Sequence record: OR769032.1 | Length of the DNA stretch: 64,000 nt | Origin: Escherichia phage JoYop | Direction: 5' to 3' (one strand) | Part shown: positions 62,379-64,000 of the stretch, one piece after another | Layout of the letters: each line of letters opens with the position of its first letter | Numbering within the stretch: position 1 is the first letter of the stretch | Notes under the pieces: generated by a model | What the model was told of the DNA's origin: nothing | Database searches by the model: none | What the model saw: only the letters and a program-made list of their open reading frames with translations | Made by a program: the position numbers and the translations under genes

Positions 62379-63806
62379 CTAAAATTTTAATTCATTCGCC
62401 AAAGCATCTAACTGAGCTCGAGTCGATTCATTTCTTTGATAGCGATTCTGCTCAGCCTGAATCTGCTGCGAACCTGCCACTTCATTCACTTCGGTTGGAG
62501 TAGAATCTTGTTCAATTTCTACCCATTTTTGATTTCCTTTTTGAACACCCATTAAAAACTTATTCCATTTATTCTTATCACCATATCGTGATTTGATTTG
62601 CTTAATGAGTTGCTGTTCAGCAGCTGCTAACTCCTCGGTTTCAATGACCGCAAGCATAAAATCGGCTGTCGCTGGAAGACCAGCAGATTCTGCGATATCA
62701 CTCATGTTAACATCAGAAGAGTCCCAAGCTTGCTTACCAACCTGTGCTGCAGTCCAAAGAACAGTTTCGGTTTCAACAGCCAGAGCACGTAATTCCTCTG
62801 CAATAGCTTTAACAGTTGTGTAACTATTTTCTGAATAAACTCGGATGCGACACGATTTACAAATACCCAAATAGTCGACAATAATGATTGTTGGAACAAA
62901 ATTCTTCTTGAGCTTCAATTCGTTTAAAAGTGATCGAAATGTATTAGCGTCTGCTCCACCAGTAGGATACTGTTTAACGATTAAACGACCGAGAGTAGAT
63001 TTCTCACGCCATTTTTCCATTTTTCCTTTATACTCAGCGTAAGAAATATGCCCATCATCAATGTCATCAAGAGAAACATCAAGCATATTAGCATCAATAC
63101 GCTTAGCACAGACTTCTTCAGCCATTTCCATGGAAATGTAAAGAACATTATGTCCAAGCTGTAAATAATCCGCTGCTAGTGAACACAATCCTAATGACTT
63201 ACCAACGTTAACGCCAGCCATTAAAACATTTAGTGTTCCAGTCTCAGCTCCGCCTTTAGTAATTTTGTTCAGAATTTTTAGTTTAAATGGAACCTTACGA
63301 GCTTTATTCATATAAGATAGCCAACGTGCTTCATAGTCATCCATCCAATCATGACCAACGTAACTATCAAATGAAATAGATAATGCTTGCCGCATGATGT
63401 CAGGAATGGCACCTACATCTGGCATTTTCTTATTTCGTTTTTCCGGAGGAAGCTCAGCATTAGTTTGAATTTCAATTATTTTAGATGTGGCGTTAAACAT
63501 CGCCCTTTGCTGAACATATTTTTCTGTTTCTTTTACTAACCAGCTGTGGTCTTCCGGAGAATCAGCTAGTTTTGAAATAAGTGTTTTTACACCAGAATAT
63601 TCTGTTTCAGTAAATGAACTATTTTCTAATGCAACATTTAACGCATTAATAGATGGAACGCTATGGTACTCATCGACATGAGATTTAATTAATTTGAATG
63701 TATTTTTAGCTGGACCACTTTCAAAATATTCTGAATCCATATATGGCCAAACTTTTGAAAAATAAGCTTGATCAAATATGAGATGAGAAAGAATAATTTC
63801 TACCAC
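62379..63806 (-). CDS. 41: replicative DNA helicase gp41
   Basis: 475 aa; DnaB-family Walker A GVNVGKS; GTG start with AAGGAG RBS. Confidence 0.95.
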   Translation of the reverse strand: MVEIILSHLIFDQAYFSKVWPYMDSEYFESGPAKNTFKLIKSHVDEYHSVPSINALNVALENSSFTETEYSGVKTLISKLADSPEDHSWLVKETEKYVQQRAMFNATSKIIEIQTNAELPPEKRNKKMPDVGAIPDIMRQALSISFDSYVGHDWMDDYEARWLSYMNKARKVPFKLKILNKITKGGAETGTLNVLMAGVNVGKSLGLCSLAADYLQLGHNVLYISMEMAEEVCAKRIDANMLDVSLDDIDDGHISYAEYKGKMEKWREKSTLGRLIVKQYPTGGADANTFRSLLNELKLKKNFVPTIIIVDYLGICKSCRIRVYSENSYTTVKAIAEELRALAVETETVLWTAAQVGKQAWDSSDVNMSDIAESAGLPATADFMLAVIETEELAAAEQQLIKQIKSRYGDKNKWNKFLMGVQKGNQKWVEIEQDSTPTEVNEVAGSQQIQAEQNRYQRNESTRAQLDALANELKF

Positions 63807-63815
63807 ACTTACTCC

Positions 63816-64000
63816 TTAAAAGAATTTAAATTTTTTCTTTGACCTTTTATTAAATGCATCTTGTAGTTGCATTGTAATACATTTTTCTACATGAGGAGCT
63901 AACTCAGCTTTTCTTTCTTGGTCAAGAACAGCAAAGTCCATTACAACCTTTCCATCAACCCAATCTAATTTTGTCACATACACAATGTGTGTAGAACCGT
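63816..64000 (-). CDS. 40: C-terminal 61 codons of the gene upstream of 41 (gene 40 position); 5' part right of window
   Basis: Open minus-strand frame ending ...KRSKKKFKFF* 10 nt before gene 41 RBS. Confidence 0.45.
   Translation of the reverse strand, partial: GSTHIVYVTKLDWVDGKVVMDFAVLDQERKAELAPHVEKCITMQLQDAFNKRSKKKFKFF

Overview
This window is a contiguous block of a T-even (T4-like) coliphage genome, colinear with the T4 map from gene 30 (DNA ligase, partial at left edge) through rIII, 31, cd, pseT, alc, rnlA, denA, nrdB, nrdA, td, frd, 32, 59, 33, dsbA, rnh, tail-fibre genes 34-35-36-37-38, holin t, asiA, arn, motA, 52, ac, stp, ndd, denB, rIIB, rIIA, 39, dexA, dda, srd, modA, modB, soc, 56, 61, sp and 41, ending in the 3' end of gene 40. 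Nearly everything is on the minus strand (early/middle genes, read right to left); only the late block 34-t and one small ORF are on the plus strand. Gene names rest on my recollection of T4 protein sequences, lengths and gene order, not on a database search. The phage is not T4 itself: td and nrdB are uninterrupted, gene 39 is one 606-codon ORF, gene 37 is long with a C-terminal chaperone-like domain, and gene 38 is a glycine-rich T2-type adhesin. I did not find a clearly novel multi-gene system. The strongest anomalies are a perfect 77-bp tandem duplication that frameshifts rnh, an extra 115-codon ORF between frd and td, and a small plus-strand membrane ORF where T4 carries dam. The ORF track uses GTG/TTG starts and longest-ORF extension, so several starts were moved to the ATG with a ribosome-binding site. 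No rRNA, tRNA, CRISPR, integrase or group I intron was seen.
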